Source: Octopus bimaculoides (taxonomy: Eukaryota). From it: a DNA stretch of 64,000 nucleotides. The stretch spans positions 31,283,827 to 31,347,826 of the forward strand of contig NC_069000.1 in NCBI RefSeq assembly GCF_001194135.2. The letters are read 5' to 3'. Shown in pieces: positions 13,070-25,836 of this stretch. Positions within the stretch are counted from its first letter, which is position 1. Every line of letters starts with the position of its first letter. The position numbers were made by a program, and so were the translations under genes. The notes beneath the pieces were generated by a model. It saw nothing but the letters and a program-made list of their open reading frames with translations, made no database searches and had not been told where the DNA came from.

Positions 13070-15059
13070 TGATGCAAATAAACAAATGGAAGCCCTTAGG
13101 TTTGGTATATAAGATTTGCAAACATATATGGATATAGATATGTAGAGAGAGAAACAAAAAACTGAAAATATTTAGAAGATGAACATTCAGATAGAAGCAG
13201 ATAGATACATATATTTTTAAAGAAGAAATTTGCATGGAATGCAAAAGATACAGAAAACTAAGAGGAGAAAGCATGGTATTTCAGGTCCGACGGCTGTTTC
13301 TGAGGACTCTGAATTACGCAATAACTTTAATCTTGACGGATGGAATGTGCAACAAGCCAAGTCTATGCAACAAGCCGTGGACGCATAACAAACATTACCA
13401 TTTTCAGGGTAGATTGATGTTTATATAGATTTACATTTGTAATTCATTCGTGCTATGCATCTTTGCAATTACAGAATGTATTTTGAAAGATACGTTGTAT
13501 ACATGATATAATTAATATTCCTTTACACAAATCTATCTGGAGGTGATATCCTCACCTAAGTTTAAATACTGAATTCAAAGTCGTTAGGATTTTTCTGAAT
13601 GTCATATATATATATGACGTAGAGCAAAGATAATCTATGATATCTAACTCAATAAAGTTGCATTAGTGGGGTTGCAGCTGCATCAAAGTCGTCACTATTT
13701 CCATATCCATTATATTTAGAAGAATGACTTCTGGTACGAACACATAAAACCCTTTACGCCTCCGCCAGTGCAACAACGATAATATCTAGCTTCACAACGT
13801 TATCAGACTTTTTGATATATCAATTTATCGGAGAAAAATCTCTGCGGTAGATAACAATAAAACCATATAAGGATTACTGAAAATCCATTTAAAGATATCT
13901 TCCAGTCACATATGTATATATATATGAAGAGCCTCAGAGACATATGATCATTTCAATATCCAAATTTATTTGCAGGTCAAAGTATTGTGATATTATAAGA
14001 TCGATTTCCTATTTTAGAATACGCATACACTACATAAATTGTTCCCTCAGCGAAGACGGACTGATATTCGAGTATTTTGTAATTTAGAATATAAGTTCCC
14101 AATTTGTAAATTCTTGCAAAATTTCTATCGATAATTATTGAGTAATTTCGGATAATTAAATGCCTAAAATAGTATATCTTCTCAATGATGTATTTACTAT
14201 AGCCGAAAGCAGTTTATATAGAAAGATATTTGGGTTTTATACATATGATACTGAAGATATGAAAACACCACTTGTTTGCACGTGAATTAATAAGATAATA
14301 TATATTCAGCACACGAGAACTGAATAGATGAAATTGTGCGTAATTTTCTAACAGTTCACTTGGTAACCAATCAAATATCGATTACCATTGCTCATATTCT
14401 GTTACGTTGTCTTTCTCCAATTGTTTGAATAAGAGAGATTCAATACACTGACATGTACACACATGTGCATGCATTTATATATGTATATATATATATATNN
14501 NNNNNNNNNNNNNNNNNNNNNNNNNNNNNNNNNNNNNNNNNNNNNNNNNNNNNNNNNNNNNNNNNNNNNNNNNNNNNNNNNNNNNNNNNNNNNNNNNNNN
14601 NNNNNNNNNNNNNNNNNNNNNNNNNNNNNNNNNNNNNNNNNNNNNNNNNNNNNNNNNNNNNNNNNNNNNNNNNNNNNNNNNNNNNNNNNNNNNNNNNNNN
14701 NNNNNNNNNNNNNNNNNNNNNNNNNNNNNNNNNNNNNNNNNNNNNNNNNNNNNNNNNNNNNNNNNNNNNNNNNNNNNNCCGTAGGTACCAAAATGGTGGA
14801 GGTTTTGACATCGCTAATAATAGTTTTCTGCTTTGTTCCTATTGCCCGTTTGTATTTATTGAAGGTACCTCTGATGCTTGTTTATCTCAACCAATCAAAG
14901 TGTTTCAAATCACTACGTCTACGTCACATATGTGCGACCATACAGTAAGTTTACTTATTAAACAAGACTTCTGAGCTATTTTCTCTCGGTCAAGTTGTAG
15001 AAAAAAACAAGCAAAAGAAACAAAAACAAAAAAAACACAGCAGGTGCCTATTGTTCGTC

Positions 15060-15237
15060 TTATCTTTAGTTCTTGCTAAAACATTCCGTATTCTTTTACA
15101 GGGCTTAGAAAAACTGAAGGACCGCTGCAATCAGTTGGTGAATCCGAGAGGGGAATATCTTGGATAAAATCATAATTAACTGATGCTCCTATATTTTCTT
15201 TTACTCAAAGCCAGGATCTTTTCAACACCCCCACGTA
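15060..15237 (+). mobile_element. mariner transposon 3'-end relic (transposase C-terminus plus TIR)
   Basis: LQGLEKLKDRCNQLVNPRGEYLG* (stop at 15165-15167) resembles the mariner C-terminus GI.KL..RW.KC...GEY. It is followed by GCCAGGATCTTTTCAACACCCCCACG-TA, whose reverse complement resembles mariner TIRs TACGAGGGGG..GAAAAG. Confidence 0.65.
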
Positions 15238-15954
15238 GATTTATGACGGGAATACTCCAGATATTTTCAAGCAATATCTCAAGTACAACAGACAACGTGT
15301 GCTTCCTACATTTTTATGCTAAGAGGTGATTAAGATGAAGTTGGTTGCTGTTTGCTGGTTGGTTGAGCTGCTTTCCAGAAATTCACGTTGTTGCTGTTAT
15401 TGATGTTATCGTTGTTTAGTTCTAGATCAGGTCTGACCAGGTAATTCTGTTTTCAACGGTGTCCAAAACTCCACCATTTTTTTTTTATATACCAAGGACG
15501 ACATTTTCAAATGCGTCCATCGTGTTTTAATGTGTGAACAGAGGAATCTTTGGCTGCTGTTTATTAAAGGTTAAACGAGGTTCATCCATTGGCTTGTTGT
15601 TGTCAATGCTGATTATTTACGCTGTTGTTGTTGTTGTTGTTGTTGTATTAATTGTTGTTACTGCCATTCCCGTTCATGCGGTTACCGTTCCAGTTATGCA
15701 TTTCGTTCCTTGTGCTGTTTTTGTTTTTGTTCGCATTGTCACTGTCTTCTTTTGTTTTCTCATGCGGTTATTTTCATTGTAGTAGATGCTGCTGCTGCTG
15801 CTGTTGTTGTTGTTGTTATTGTTGCTGCTGCTTTAGTCTCTGTAACTGGTTTGGTTGAAATTACAACTGTTATAGTTGTTGATAAATTTGTAGTAGTTAC
15901 AGATGCTGCAGCAGTGTGCAATGTGTGCCATCTGTCGCTATGTTTATTTATCGC

Positions 15955-15959
15955 TACTG

Positions 15960-16026
<67 letters not shown>

Positions 16027-16045
16027 CACAACCACCACCACCACC

Positions 16046-16138
<93 letters not shown>

Positions 16139-16170
16139 GCTGCTGCCGCTGTTGCTGCTGCCGCTGCCAT
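15955..16170. repeat. compound trinucleotide microsatellite (TAC)n(CAC)n(TAC)n(TGC)n within a wider degenerate triplet field (~15590-16320)
   Basis: Seen directly; it explains the poly-T/L/Y/V ORFs. Confidence 0.95.
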
Positions 16171-18249
16171 CCTTTCTATTCGAGGTCTATGTAACGTGTT
16201 GCTACTAGTGTCTCTGTCATTGTTGCTGCTGTTGGTGTTATTGCTTCTGCTCATAGTCTTGCCTTTGTTATCACTGCTTGCGTTACTATTGTTGTTACTA
16301 CAGTTGTTACTCGTGTAATCACTATCAATACCGCTGTTACATCTCTTGTAACAATACTAACAATATCTCCGCATCACTACCAACCGTAGCAGGAGTTTCT
16401 ATGCGGTTGCTCTGATATGTCAATAATAGCAACTGCCTCTGAAAAGCAAAAAGATAAACATTGAGCTATATAGCTCTAAATATAAACAAAACAAGAAAAG
16501 CCGGATGGCCACTATTGGGACGCCCTTGACCATAGTTCTTCTCATCGGGATAGAAATAAGGATAAACAACAGCTGATGCATTACATCTAATACATTTCTG
16601 TTAAGGCTACAATAAGATATAATGTTGATGCTTACACACCATACATTTTCATACTTGCAGACATATATGTTCATATAGGCATAGAAACACACATGCACAC
16701 ACGCACACACACGCACACACACGCACACACACACACAAACACACACACACACACACACACAGAGGCACACAAACACTCACTCACACACACAAACCTATAT
16801 ACTTTTATTAGTTCCTATTTAATAAATTTAATGGTCTTATTAGTTACTGGTAAGTTTACATTATAGCTTGTAAGGGTAATCTATATTAAGAGTGTGTAGT
16901 GTTTTCATTACTAACTTTTGAATTATGAAATAATTTCTCTCATGATTATTAGATTTTTCATTAAATTCAATCGTGTTTTGGGTTTTGGAGAGAATTGAAA
17001 TAAAGCTTTCACTCTCTGTTATTATAGCAGTAATTATGGAAGACTGGTGGGATTATTATTTGTATGGAGTTAAAGATTGGTCGCTATTTAGTTTATAATT
17101 TAGTTATTGTAGGTTTACTATTAATACCGATACAGATGTACAGAGATTTACGTTTCTTGTTGTAGTTTAATTTAAAGTGAATAATGTACATTTTGTAAAT
17201 GTTTGAAGGTTGTGTGTTTTTTTTGGTATGTTTGTTCTCAAACAACACTTCTTTTGACACCGCCGGATTGAATGGTACTGCCCAGGTGCCGAAACCATAA
17301 TGATATTCGTGGGGCAGCTGATGATGGTCTGTTGGATTGTTAGTGTGGCTGTTTTTGTATGTGGAATAGTGTTATAACACATACGTTTGATATATATATA
17401 TATATANNNNNNNNNNNNNNNNNNNNNNNNNNNNNNNNNNNNNNNNNNNNNNNNNNNNNNNNNNNNNNNNNNNNNNNNNNNNNNNNNNNNNNNNNNNNNN
17501 NNNNNNNNNNNNNNNNNNNNNNNNNNNNNNNNNNNNNNNNNNNNNNNNNNNNNNNNNNNNNNNNNNNNNNNNNNNNNNNNNNNNNNNNNNNNNNNNNNNN
17601 NNNNNNNNNNNNNNNNNNNNNNNNNNNNNNNNNNNNNNNNNNNNNNNNNNNNNNNNNNNNNNNNNNNNNNNNNNNNNNNNNNNNNNNNNNNNNNNNNNNN
17701 NNNNNNNNNNNNNNNNNNNNNNNNNNNNNNNNNNNNNNNNNNNNNNNNNNNNNNNNNNNNNNNNNNNNNNNNNNNNNNNNNNNNNNNNNNNNNNNNNNNN
17801 NNNNNNNNNNNNNNNNNNNNNNNNNNNNNNNNNNNNNNNNNNNNNNNNNNNNNNNNNNNNNNNNNNNNNNNNNNNNNNNNNNNNNNNNNNNNNNNNNNNN
17901 NNNNNNNNNNNNNNNNNNNNNNNNNNNNNNNNNNNNNNNNNNNNNNNNNNNNNNNNNNNNNNNNNNNNNNNNNNNNNNNNNNNNNNNNNNNNNNNNNNNN
18001 NNNNNNNNNNNNNNNNNNNNNNNNNNNNNNNNNNNNNNNNNNNNNNNNNNNNNNNNNNNNNNNNNNNNNNNNNGCTTTTATTTAAAAAAATTGCAAAGAC
18101 GTTATCTCTGAAATTTCGACATTTTTTCAGCGCATCATAAAAGTGTTTTTAAAAAAATCTAATATTTTGGTTGTATTTTCATATTTTAAGACTAGTTTAT
18201 AATCTTGAATGTAATCCGGGTTTAAGTTTATAAAAATATCGTCTTACTG

Positions 18250-19947
18250 TAGGGCATACAAATATGAATGATAGGGAACCACTTCATAAACTCTCAAATG
18301 CACACCAACATAAAACACAAATAAAAATTGGCAACTGCATTACACAAGAGATCATACAATAACTAAAACCCGATCTTAATAAGTTAAATGAAATTATTTA
18401 CTTGTGTTACTAAGGTAATCGAAAGACGCTGTTTAACGCCCAAAAAGCCAACAATACCAAATTCGAAAAGAAAATCAAACTGGAGGAGTAGAATTGAAAT
18501 TGAGATTGAATCATTGCGAAGGGAGATATCAATATTAACTGAGCTAGTCTCTGGAAATGGTGTAAGATCAAGAAAAGGCAGGAAGATCGTGAGGAAATAT
18601 GGACCCTCAACAAGAAAAGAACTAATGTCAGCGAATGAAACACTTAAACAAAAAGTTCAAGCAAAAGCTCAGAGAATACGCAGATTTGAGAAAAGAATCA
18701 AATTCTACAACCAAAATAAGATGTTCAAATCCAATGCCAAATCATTTTACAGGGAAATAGGGACAGAAAAAAATAACCATTGAAAATCAACCCCTAATGG
18801 AAGAAGTTCAAAACTTTTGGAAAGGGATCTGGAGTGATGAGAAACCATACAATGAAAATGCAGACTGGATCAAACGCATCCAAGATGCCTACAAAGATCT
18901 ACGAGAACAGGTATGGGAAGACATGTAATAAGATGCACCATCCAAAGGCAGACGTGGATCGTCTTTATCTTCCCAGAGCTCAGGGAGGTCGAGGCATGAT
19001 CCAGCTTGAACAAAACCATCACGATCGGACTGGCCAAATACCTTGAAACAACCAATGATTGTATGCCGAAACTTGTTGAAAAACATGAAAGACCGAAGAA
19101 ACTTCACTCTATTCTGAAAGAGAGCAAAAAATTCGCTACCGAACTCTTAGATACCCACCAGCTTGATCAGGTTGAAGGAAATGCGCCAACTGCTGCTGCA
19201 AAGAAAATAAAATTAATTGCAAAGACAAAAGNNNNNNNNNNNNNNNNNNNNNNNNNNNNNNNNNNNNNNNNNNNNNNNNNNNNNNNNNNNNNNNNNNNNN
19301 NNNNNNNNNNNNNNNNNNNNNNNNNNNNNNNNNNNNNNNNNNNNNNNNNNNNNNNNNNNNNNNNNNNNNNNNNNNNNNNNNNNNNNNNNNNNNNTTTCGA
19401 TTCCCAGGCCGGGCGTTGTGAGTGTTTATTGAGCGAAAACACCTAAAGCTCCATGAGGCTCCAGCAGGGGAGGTGGCGAACCCTGCTGTACTCTTTCACC
19501 ACAACTTTCTCTCACTCTTACTTCCTGTTTCTGTTGTGCCTGTAATTCAAAGGGTCAGCCTTGTCACACTGTGTCACGCTGAATCTCCCCGAGAACTACG
19601 TTAAGGTTGCACGTGTCTGTGGAGTGCTCAGCCACTTGCACGTTAATCTCACAAGCAGGCTGTTCCATTGATCGGATCAACTGGAACCCTCATCGTCGTA
19701 ACCGACGGAGTGCCAACAACAAACCAGGCCAATGTGATAAAAAATGGAGCTGACTCAAAATGCCTATTCTATAACGATAAGATTGAAACTATAGACCACC
19801 TAATCTCAGGGTGTAGAGTCTTAGCACCTGTAGAATATAAAGAAAGACATGACAGAGTCGGCCAGTATTTACACCGGACAATATGTCGGCATTATAAAAT
19901 CAAAACCGCTGACAAATGGTATAAACACCATCCTGAAGCTTTGACTG
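18250..19947 (+). mobile_element. R4/Dong-clade LINE, internally deleted (RT core missing), interrupted by a gap and a SINE A
   Basis: N-terminal LKQKVQAKAQRIRRFEKRIKFYNQNKMF, then a jump at ~18921 to HHPKADVDRLYLPRAQGGRG, then CCHC region C..(C)...ETIDHLISGC..EYKERHDRVG. Confidence 0.9.
19395..19720 (+). mobile_element. SINE family A nested in the LINE (head lies in the gap)
   Basis: Matches 58209-58603 from the B box to the CAACAAC tail; LINE coding resumes at ACCAGGCCAAT (QAN). Confidence 0.9.
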
Positions 19948-19955
19948 TTGTAGAC

Positions 19956-20042
19956 TTATCAGACGGGTTGTCATGATGGGTATAATGGGCTTCGTATATT
20001 TTACCCCAATGTCACTTCGATGGCATGCACTGCTCTCTCACT
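19956..20042 (+). mobile_element. 3' end of element D fused to the LINE body
   Basis: TTATCAGACGGG...GCACTGCTCTCTCACT followed by AATAAT; same sequence as the 3' end of 20321-20802. Confidence 0.85.
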
Positions 20043-20320
20043 TAATAATTATCATCACGCTGTGAATTTTCTTTCATTTTCTCTCTAATTTTCTTTGTTT
20101 TCTTTTTTCATATTTTCTTTTCCTTCTTTCTTCTGTTTTTCTTCCCTTTATTTTCTATCACATGACTTTGTAATTGAAAAATTTGGTGTGTTTATTTTGA
20201 TGGCATACCAATGCATGCAGTGAGTTTCTTTGCTCTAGGTGTTGGGAAGACACTCGGTAAGAAATGGAAACAAAGTCGAAAGGACATAACAACAATAACA
20301 ATAATAATAATAATAATAAT

Positions 20321-20802
20321 GACCAGGCACTGACTTGCTTGGTTTTGGGTTTTAACTGATTGGAAGTGTTATATGCATATTTTGTTTGCGTATAAAAGAT
20401 TGGGTACAGCAAATATTCTGCTCAATACCACAGACTTGCCTGTCAGTTTTTTTTACCTTAACCAGTTGAGCATATCTCTCAGTGGTTTGACGATGTGTGC
20501 ATCTCTGTTCACGAGCAGAAGTAGTGGGGGATCAGCATAACCATGCGTTCAGAGGAATTCCATGGGGTTTCCATAATTCACTTTTGGAAACATGGGTGTT
20601 TCCTTCAGGATCCTTAAACAACCCTTATCAGGGACCTTTTGAGCACTGTTTGTCTTGATATGAGGTCACCGTGTCGGGCACATATGGTTGTGATGCATGT
20701 GCCGCTTGTACCCTTATCAGACGGGTAGTCATGATGGATATATTGGGCTTTGTATATGTGTATGCCAGTGTCACTTTGATGGCGTGCACTGCTCTCTCAC
20801 TC
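20321..20802 (+). mobile_element. element D (non-coding, (AAT)n-tailed), with a small internal deletion
   Basis: Reverse complement of the copies at 39804-40345, 43018-43558 and 43972-44493; AAT-type repeats on both sides. Confidence 0.85.
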
Positions 20803-20884
20803 AATAATAAAAATAAAAATAAGAATAAGAATAAAAACAATAACAACAACAACAATGGTGGTTTTTGATTTAGTTACAAGTCTG

Positions 20885-21050
20885 GTTGCTTGAGGGAAGG
20901 GCATAATCGCTAATATCGAACCCCAGCACTTGACTACTACTTTATTTTTCCACTCCAGTGAGATAAAAGGCAAAGTCGACTCCTCAGGGTTTGAATTTTA
21001 AATGTAAAGTGCTTCAACAAATACCACAAAGTATTTGCTTCAACCCTTTA
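20885..21050 (-). mobile_element. SINE family B, degenerate
   Basis: GATAAAAGGCAAAGTCGACTCCTCAGGGTTTGAA resembles the reverse complement of the family B core. Confidence 0.6.
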
Positions 21051-22299
21051 CATTCTGCGTTTATGATAATAATGGTAGTGATGATGATGATGATAATGAC
21101 GACGACGACTGTGATAATGATGATGATGATGATGATGATGGCAACGATAATAATGATTTTGATGGGTTGACGACAACAACGTAAACATCGGGAATGGCAT
21201 TTAGCATGACAGAAAGCTCCATGAATGCTCCAAAATATCTAATGCCGTTTACAAATCAACGAATCAAAATGAAAAACACTATGAGAAACACTTTGAAGAA
21301 TATCTGCAACAGTAATAATTGTACAAAATATGTTGATAGATGCAGAATATGTCATACAATTAATGCACTACATACGTTGGTAGTGGTTAACGATTTGACA
21401 CCAAGCATAAACAAAATGTAAGTAGATCTAATATCAATACGGGCTAATTGCATTCCTTACGAAAAAACCGTAACATTCAACTTATTGTAGATAGTAAGGG
21501 GTGGACCGTACTTTGTATTAAATGCATAAATAGCACGAAAATGTAATGTGTAAACTTCAATTTCGTTAGAAAAAAATATGCCGAAAATGATGACAATCTC
21601 GACACAAGGATGGATTTTACTCCCCACGAATAAAACAGAGAATGGAATAATTGGATTCGCAAGGTAAAAACCAAACAATGAAACTACAGTGATATACTCG
21701 TATACATTTTTGGAGGTAAACAGCTGGATCTACACGTAACAGTGCTCCTTAGTCAACTAGCTAACTTAATAATGTTAAAAGATGAATTTGAACCCAAATT
21801 AGAATATTTAAAAGGAGTGCATTATGAAAATGCAAGTAACGAACACTAAACAAACAACGAACATACAAGTATACCGTTGGAAGATCGATCTAACGCGTGT
21901 AAGCCAAAGCAAACAAACAAAAAAGCAAGCAAAAGACAACAAAACGAAATCCAAAGACCCTTGCAGAACAGTGCCCAATGAAATCTCAATTAAAAGCCGT
22001 CCATCGAACTATCATTCAACCACCTCCTTGACCGTGTCCTATCGGAAGCAACGGTCATTAAACTTTTCGGCTGGATTCTTAAGAGTGATCAATTCAGACT
22101 ATGGATATTATCCAACCACGTTGTTCTTGCTCTATCCTTAGGTCTCCTGCTAGGTGGCTCTACTTGAAGAATCCGATCCTTCCTAGTATCATTCTAATCA
22201 TTACCCCCTTAAACCGGGGCTGTGACTTCTCAATGCACAGAAGAGCGGCTCGACCCGGAAATAATCCCTGGTTTCCGTGATACAATCAAAAATCAACAG

Positions 22300-23000
22300 G
22301 CAAAAATCAAATAAAAGGGTATTCGAGGATGATTTAAGAATAGGAAATTCTATAGGTGTATACTATGAACACGATAATCTAAGATAGAAATAATTAAAAA
22401 AATTAGAAGCAATAAATTTCCCGATTCAAGGATGAAATAGCAGTAAAAAGTACAAAGCTGCTATTCGCAGACTTAATAAAAAATTAGCATCAATATCAAT
22501 ATCATCACTTTAAAAGAAATACATTTAACAGACACTGTAGTTACAAAGAAAAGTGTGCTTAGATGTAGTCATATAGGAATATTAAAACTCGTACCAACAA
22601 CATGGAAAACGAATATATAGAAACGATTGAAAATAAGATAAAAGATCTTTCAATCTTCAATGAAGTCAATAACGAAGCGACATAGCTGATGGAAAAACCG
22701 AAGAAGCCACAAAAACTTCAGTCATAGCTAAAAAATTTGTGACATCAAAGATCGTACTAAACAAAAGATCCATAAAGATTCCGTCGGTATGAAAAGTGAC
22801 AATGATTTCATGGACAAGACATACAATTCGATTTTAAACCTAAGTGATTTTTATTAAAAATTCGATAAAAATAAATGGTTATCAATAGGTTGAAGGGCAA
22901 TAAAATTTGAATAATTCTGAGGAGGAGTATGGTCACCGATGGAATCAAAACGGACGAGTTCAAAACAAAAACATCTGAAAAATCTTGAGAATCCTTAGCA
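22300..23000 (+). mobile_element. R4/Dong-clade LINE N-terminal relic, highly degenerate
   Basis: At ~22780-22850 it translates RRYEK*Q*FHGQDIQFDFKPK*F, matching IRRFEKRIKFYNQNKMFKSNAKSFY at ~18680-18750. Confidence 0.55.
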
Positions 23001-23559
23001 ACACAGGAGTCAGCGTAAAAATTACATGAAAAAAAAACAAACAAAACGCAAAACAAAACAAAAACAAGCAAAACAAACACAAGACCCAATAATAAGTTAC
23101 AATTCTAATATTCTGAAGGAGGTGCTAAATAATCAAGCAAGTCCAGACAGAAACAAAATGCCAAATAACGACTGCATTTAGAATACGCCACCCAAAATAT
23201 GATAGAAAGATTATATCCACCATGATTATATGTCAGTAAAGACTTACGTTCTTGGAAAGCTATTATTAAATATCCACAATAGAGCTACAAATATTTCTAT
23301 AAATGACAAACAAAATGAAAAAAAATCTCATTTCTGTTCTCAATGAAAGCAACAGATACGAAAGAAGGAAATGAAACGAAGCTCAAAATGCACTTCAAAC
23401 CAATGGAAAGTTATTTACATGGTCAATATAAGAATGTAAACAACTGAATATGATGCAAATGTCAAAGAAATACGATTGTGGTTCGAAAGTGCAACATTTT
23501 ATATTGAAACTACAGAATTTTTGATAAAATATTTCATTGTAAAATGTAACCAAATATAT

Positions 23560-23772
23560 TGTTTTCAAATTTTAGCACAAAACCAGCAATTTTAGGGGAG
23601 GGAGTAAGTCGAATGCAACGACTCCAATGCTCGACTGGTAGTTATTTTATCGACCCAGAACGGATGAAAGGCAAAGTCAACTTTAACGGCTTTCGATGTC
23701 AGAACGTAAAGACGGACGAAATGCCGCTAAGCATTTTGTCCGGCGCGGTAACGACTTTGCCAGCTTGTCGCC
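23560..23772 (-). mobile_element. SINE family B
   Basis: Reverse complement matches 62294-62510. Confidence 0.85.
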
Positions 23773-23884
23773 AGACATATTAAGTAACAGTAGAATGTGA
23801 GGATGAATTAATTGCCTTATCTTAACCAGGAAAGAATACATCTGCAAGCATGACAAATGTAGATCTTTCATACGTTGTAAGTCT

Positions 23885-24270
23885 TGTCAGACACCAACAA
23901 GAGTTGCTATAGACATAGACCGAGAAAGTTCTTAGGGAATGACGAAGCGACTATACTTTGGACTACGCCAATCCCCATCGACAAAGACAAAAGGGCATAT
24001 TGATTGGATACTGTTGTTAAGGACAACCAGAATATTAAATGCCTCCAAATCGACATAAGAGTTCCAAGTGATTATGTATCTCTAAACAAAATTATCCAGA
24101 TATAAAGATCTGAAAACTGATAACTGTATTGTAGGAACTGAAAACGGAAATAGCCTTGAGAATGATTAAAAAACATTCATACAAATACATTACCAAAATC
24201 AGAGGAGTTACAACTAAGCACAACAAAAGCATACGCATTATATAGAATATTTTCAATACATTCTAAAACG
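23885..24270 (+). mobile_element. R4/Dong-clade LINE RLE-domain relic
   Basis: YRHRP..NDEATILW..PI..D....DTVVKD...KCLQIDIRVPSD...YKDL: a degraded PD-(D/E)xK endonuclease. Confidence 0.65.
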
Positions 24271-24632
24271 ACTAAACCTACCCAAAACGTTCCGAATTGC
24301 GCTTAGTTGTGCATTGACAGCATGCAATAAAAATAAAATTAGTGACAACTCAGTTAATGACTATGATATTAATTAATTTTACAATTCAAAAGACTCATAT
24401 TGTTTAGGGAAGGACAATGGAAAAATACAAAAGTAAACAACTAACAAGAAAGAGCGAGGTCTTTACATTTAAATGATTGACGTAGGTCGACTATAACAAT
24501 AAAGATCTTTATAAATGAATAATACCAAATAGCACTGTCGCTATAGAAAAATAAAATAAAGGATTCACAAATTACTGGTTTTCGGGTTTTGTCATGAAGG
24601 GTCATTTGGCAATATGTTGCACACGCATAAAG

Positions 24633-24865
24633 CGGCGAGCTGGCAGAATAGTAATAAGCAACTACTTTTTCCGCTCCGGAAAGAAATATGGTTAGCAACA
24701 TTTCTTCCGACTTTACCTTACGAGTTCAAGTACCGCTGGGGTCGTCTTTGCCTGTCATCCTTTCGGGGTCGGTAAAATAAGTAGCAGTTGAACATTGGTT
24801 TCAATGTAACCGACTAACCTGCTCCCCAGAAATTTTTGGCGTTGTGCTAAAATTTGAAAACCAAT
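24633..24865 (+). mobile_element. SINE family B variant
   Basis: GGCGAGCTGGCAGAA...GCCTGTCATCCTTTCGGGGTCGGTAAAATAAGTAGCAG. Confidence 0.8.
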
Positions 24866-24928
24866 ATGTTACAAATACACACACATACACACAAATACAA
24901 ACTCTCCCTCTCACACACACATACACAT

Positions 24929-25680
24929 ATATCAAGTTGGTGCAAAAATAGCTGCTTTTTAGTAATTATGTTCAAAGCAGTTAATTACATCTCAGCTCAG
25001 AATGAATTTAACTAATCGTAGTAATAACTACATTTTTGACAGCAAGAAACAAACTTATTTAGTAATTTAGAATTGTGGAATCCAGGAGTTAAGGAATTCT
25101 TACATGGGCTCTCTCTCGCAGAAATTTATCGAGATGTTTACAATAATGGTAATCGATCAAAAGGAGTTCTTTGAAATAATCATGAAGTCGTGTTTCGTAG
25201 TCGAATTCGTTCGTTTCTTCGGAGTTATTTTGAGGGCATTTTTGAACAGGACCAGTTCTTCTCCAATAAGAATAAGTCTCGTTCGGTTGATTTTGCTGGA
25301 CGTGAATGTTGTAGCTATTGGTATATTTTGTAGAGATCCTTACATTGTTTCTTTCCTCTGATGATTTCACCAGGATTCCAGAAATAGCAGTGAATGATTC
25401 TGCTTGCCGACTACCAATCAACAACAGTAATAATTTTTTTTCTGCTATAATTGCAGTATGGAGGAATCAATTTTCATCATTTGTTACAATGCGATCAAGA
25501 TGGATAGTTTAATTTGTGCAAAATGCAGAGTAGATTTCGTAACAGCAATATTTATTTCTTACTTTCATCCAGTCTGAGCTACCATATTGTCAATCATGTC
25601 TTCACTTTGCAATGTGGTGCGAATGTTAAACAACTGTTGAATAGTCAACATTTATTTTTGCCCCAGCCTGTCAACAATTT
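24929..25680 (-). mobile_element. Hsmar1-like mariner relic (HTH2 to C-terminus plus 3' TIR)
   Basis: Minus strand: INVDYSTVV*H (cf. LNVDHSTVVRH), LDRIVTNDEN* (cf. FLDRIVTCDEKW), LIDYHYCKHLDKFLRER (cf. PTDYHFFKHLDNFL), NKFVSCCQKC (cf. NKLISRWQKC). The TIR TA-TCAAGTTGGTGCAAAAATAGCTGC resembles Hsmar1 TTAGGTTGGTGCAAAAGTAATTGC. Confidence 0.85.
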
Positions 25681-25836
25681 TTGGTTGTGTGTCAAGAAGC
25701 CTACTGCCCAACTCCATGGTTCCAGGTTCAGTTCCGCTGCGTGGCACCTTGGGCAAGTGTCTTCTGCTATAGCCTCGAGTCAATCAAAGTCTTGTGAGTG
25801 GATTTGGTAGAGGGGAACTGAAAGAAGCCCATCATA

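Noticed and set aside
14794-14948. Signal-peptide-like ORF MVEVLTSLIIVFCFVPIA with a GTAAGT donor
   Set aside because: Its start overlaps a repeated motif; the next plausible acceptor leads into the mariner relic; hydrophobic runs are common in AT-rich DNA.
15710-16318. 202-aa mucin/transmembrane-looking ORF (poly-T, poly-A, poly-L)
   Set aside because: It starts at TTG and is built from triplet repeats; several frames and both strands are open over the same tract.
17270-17335. Hammerhead or snoRNA in a short GC-rich island
   Set aside because: GAAA and CTGATGA are present, but there is no valid stem III or UH; only a 6-bp CTGCCC/GGGCAG stem forms.
25089-25424. 111-aa host exon
   Set aside because: Explained by the degraded mariner transposase.
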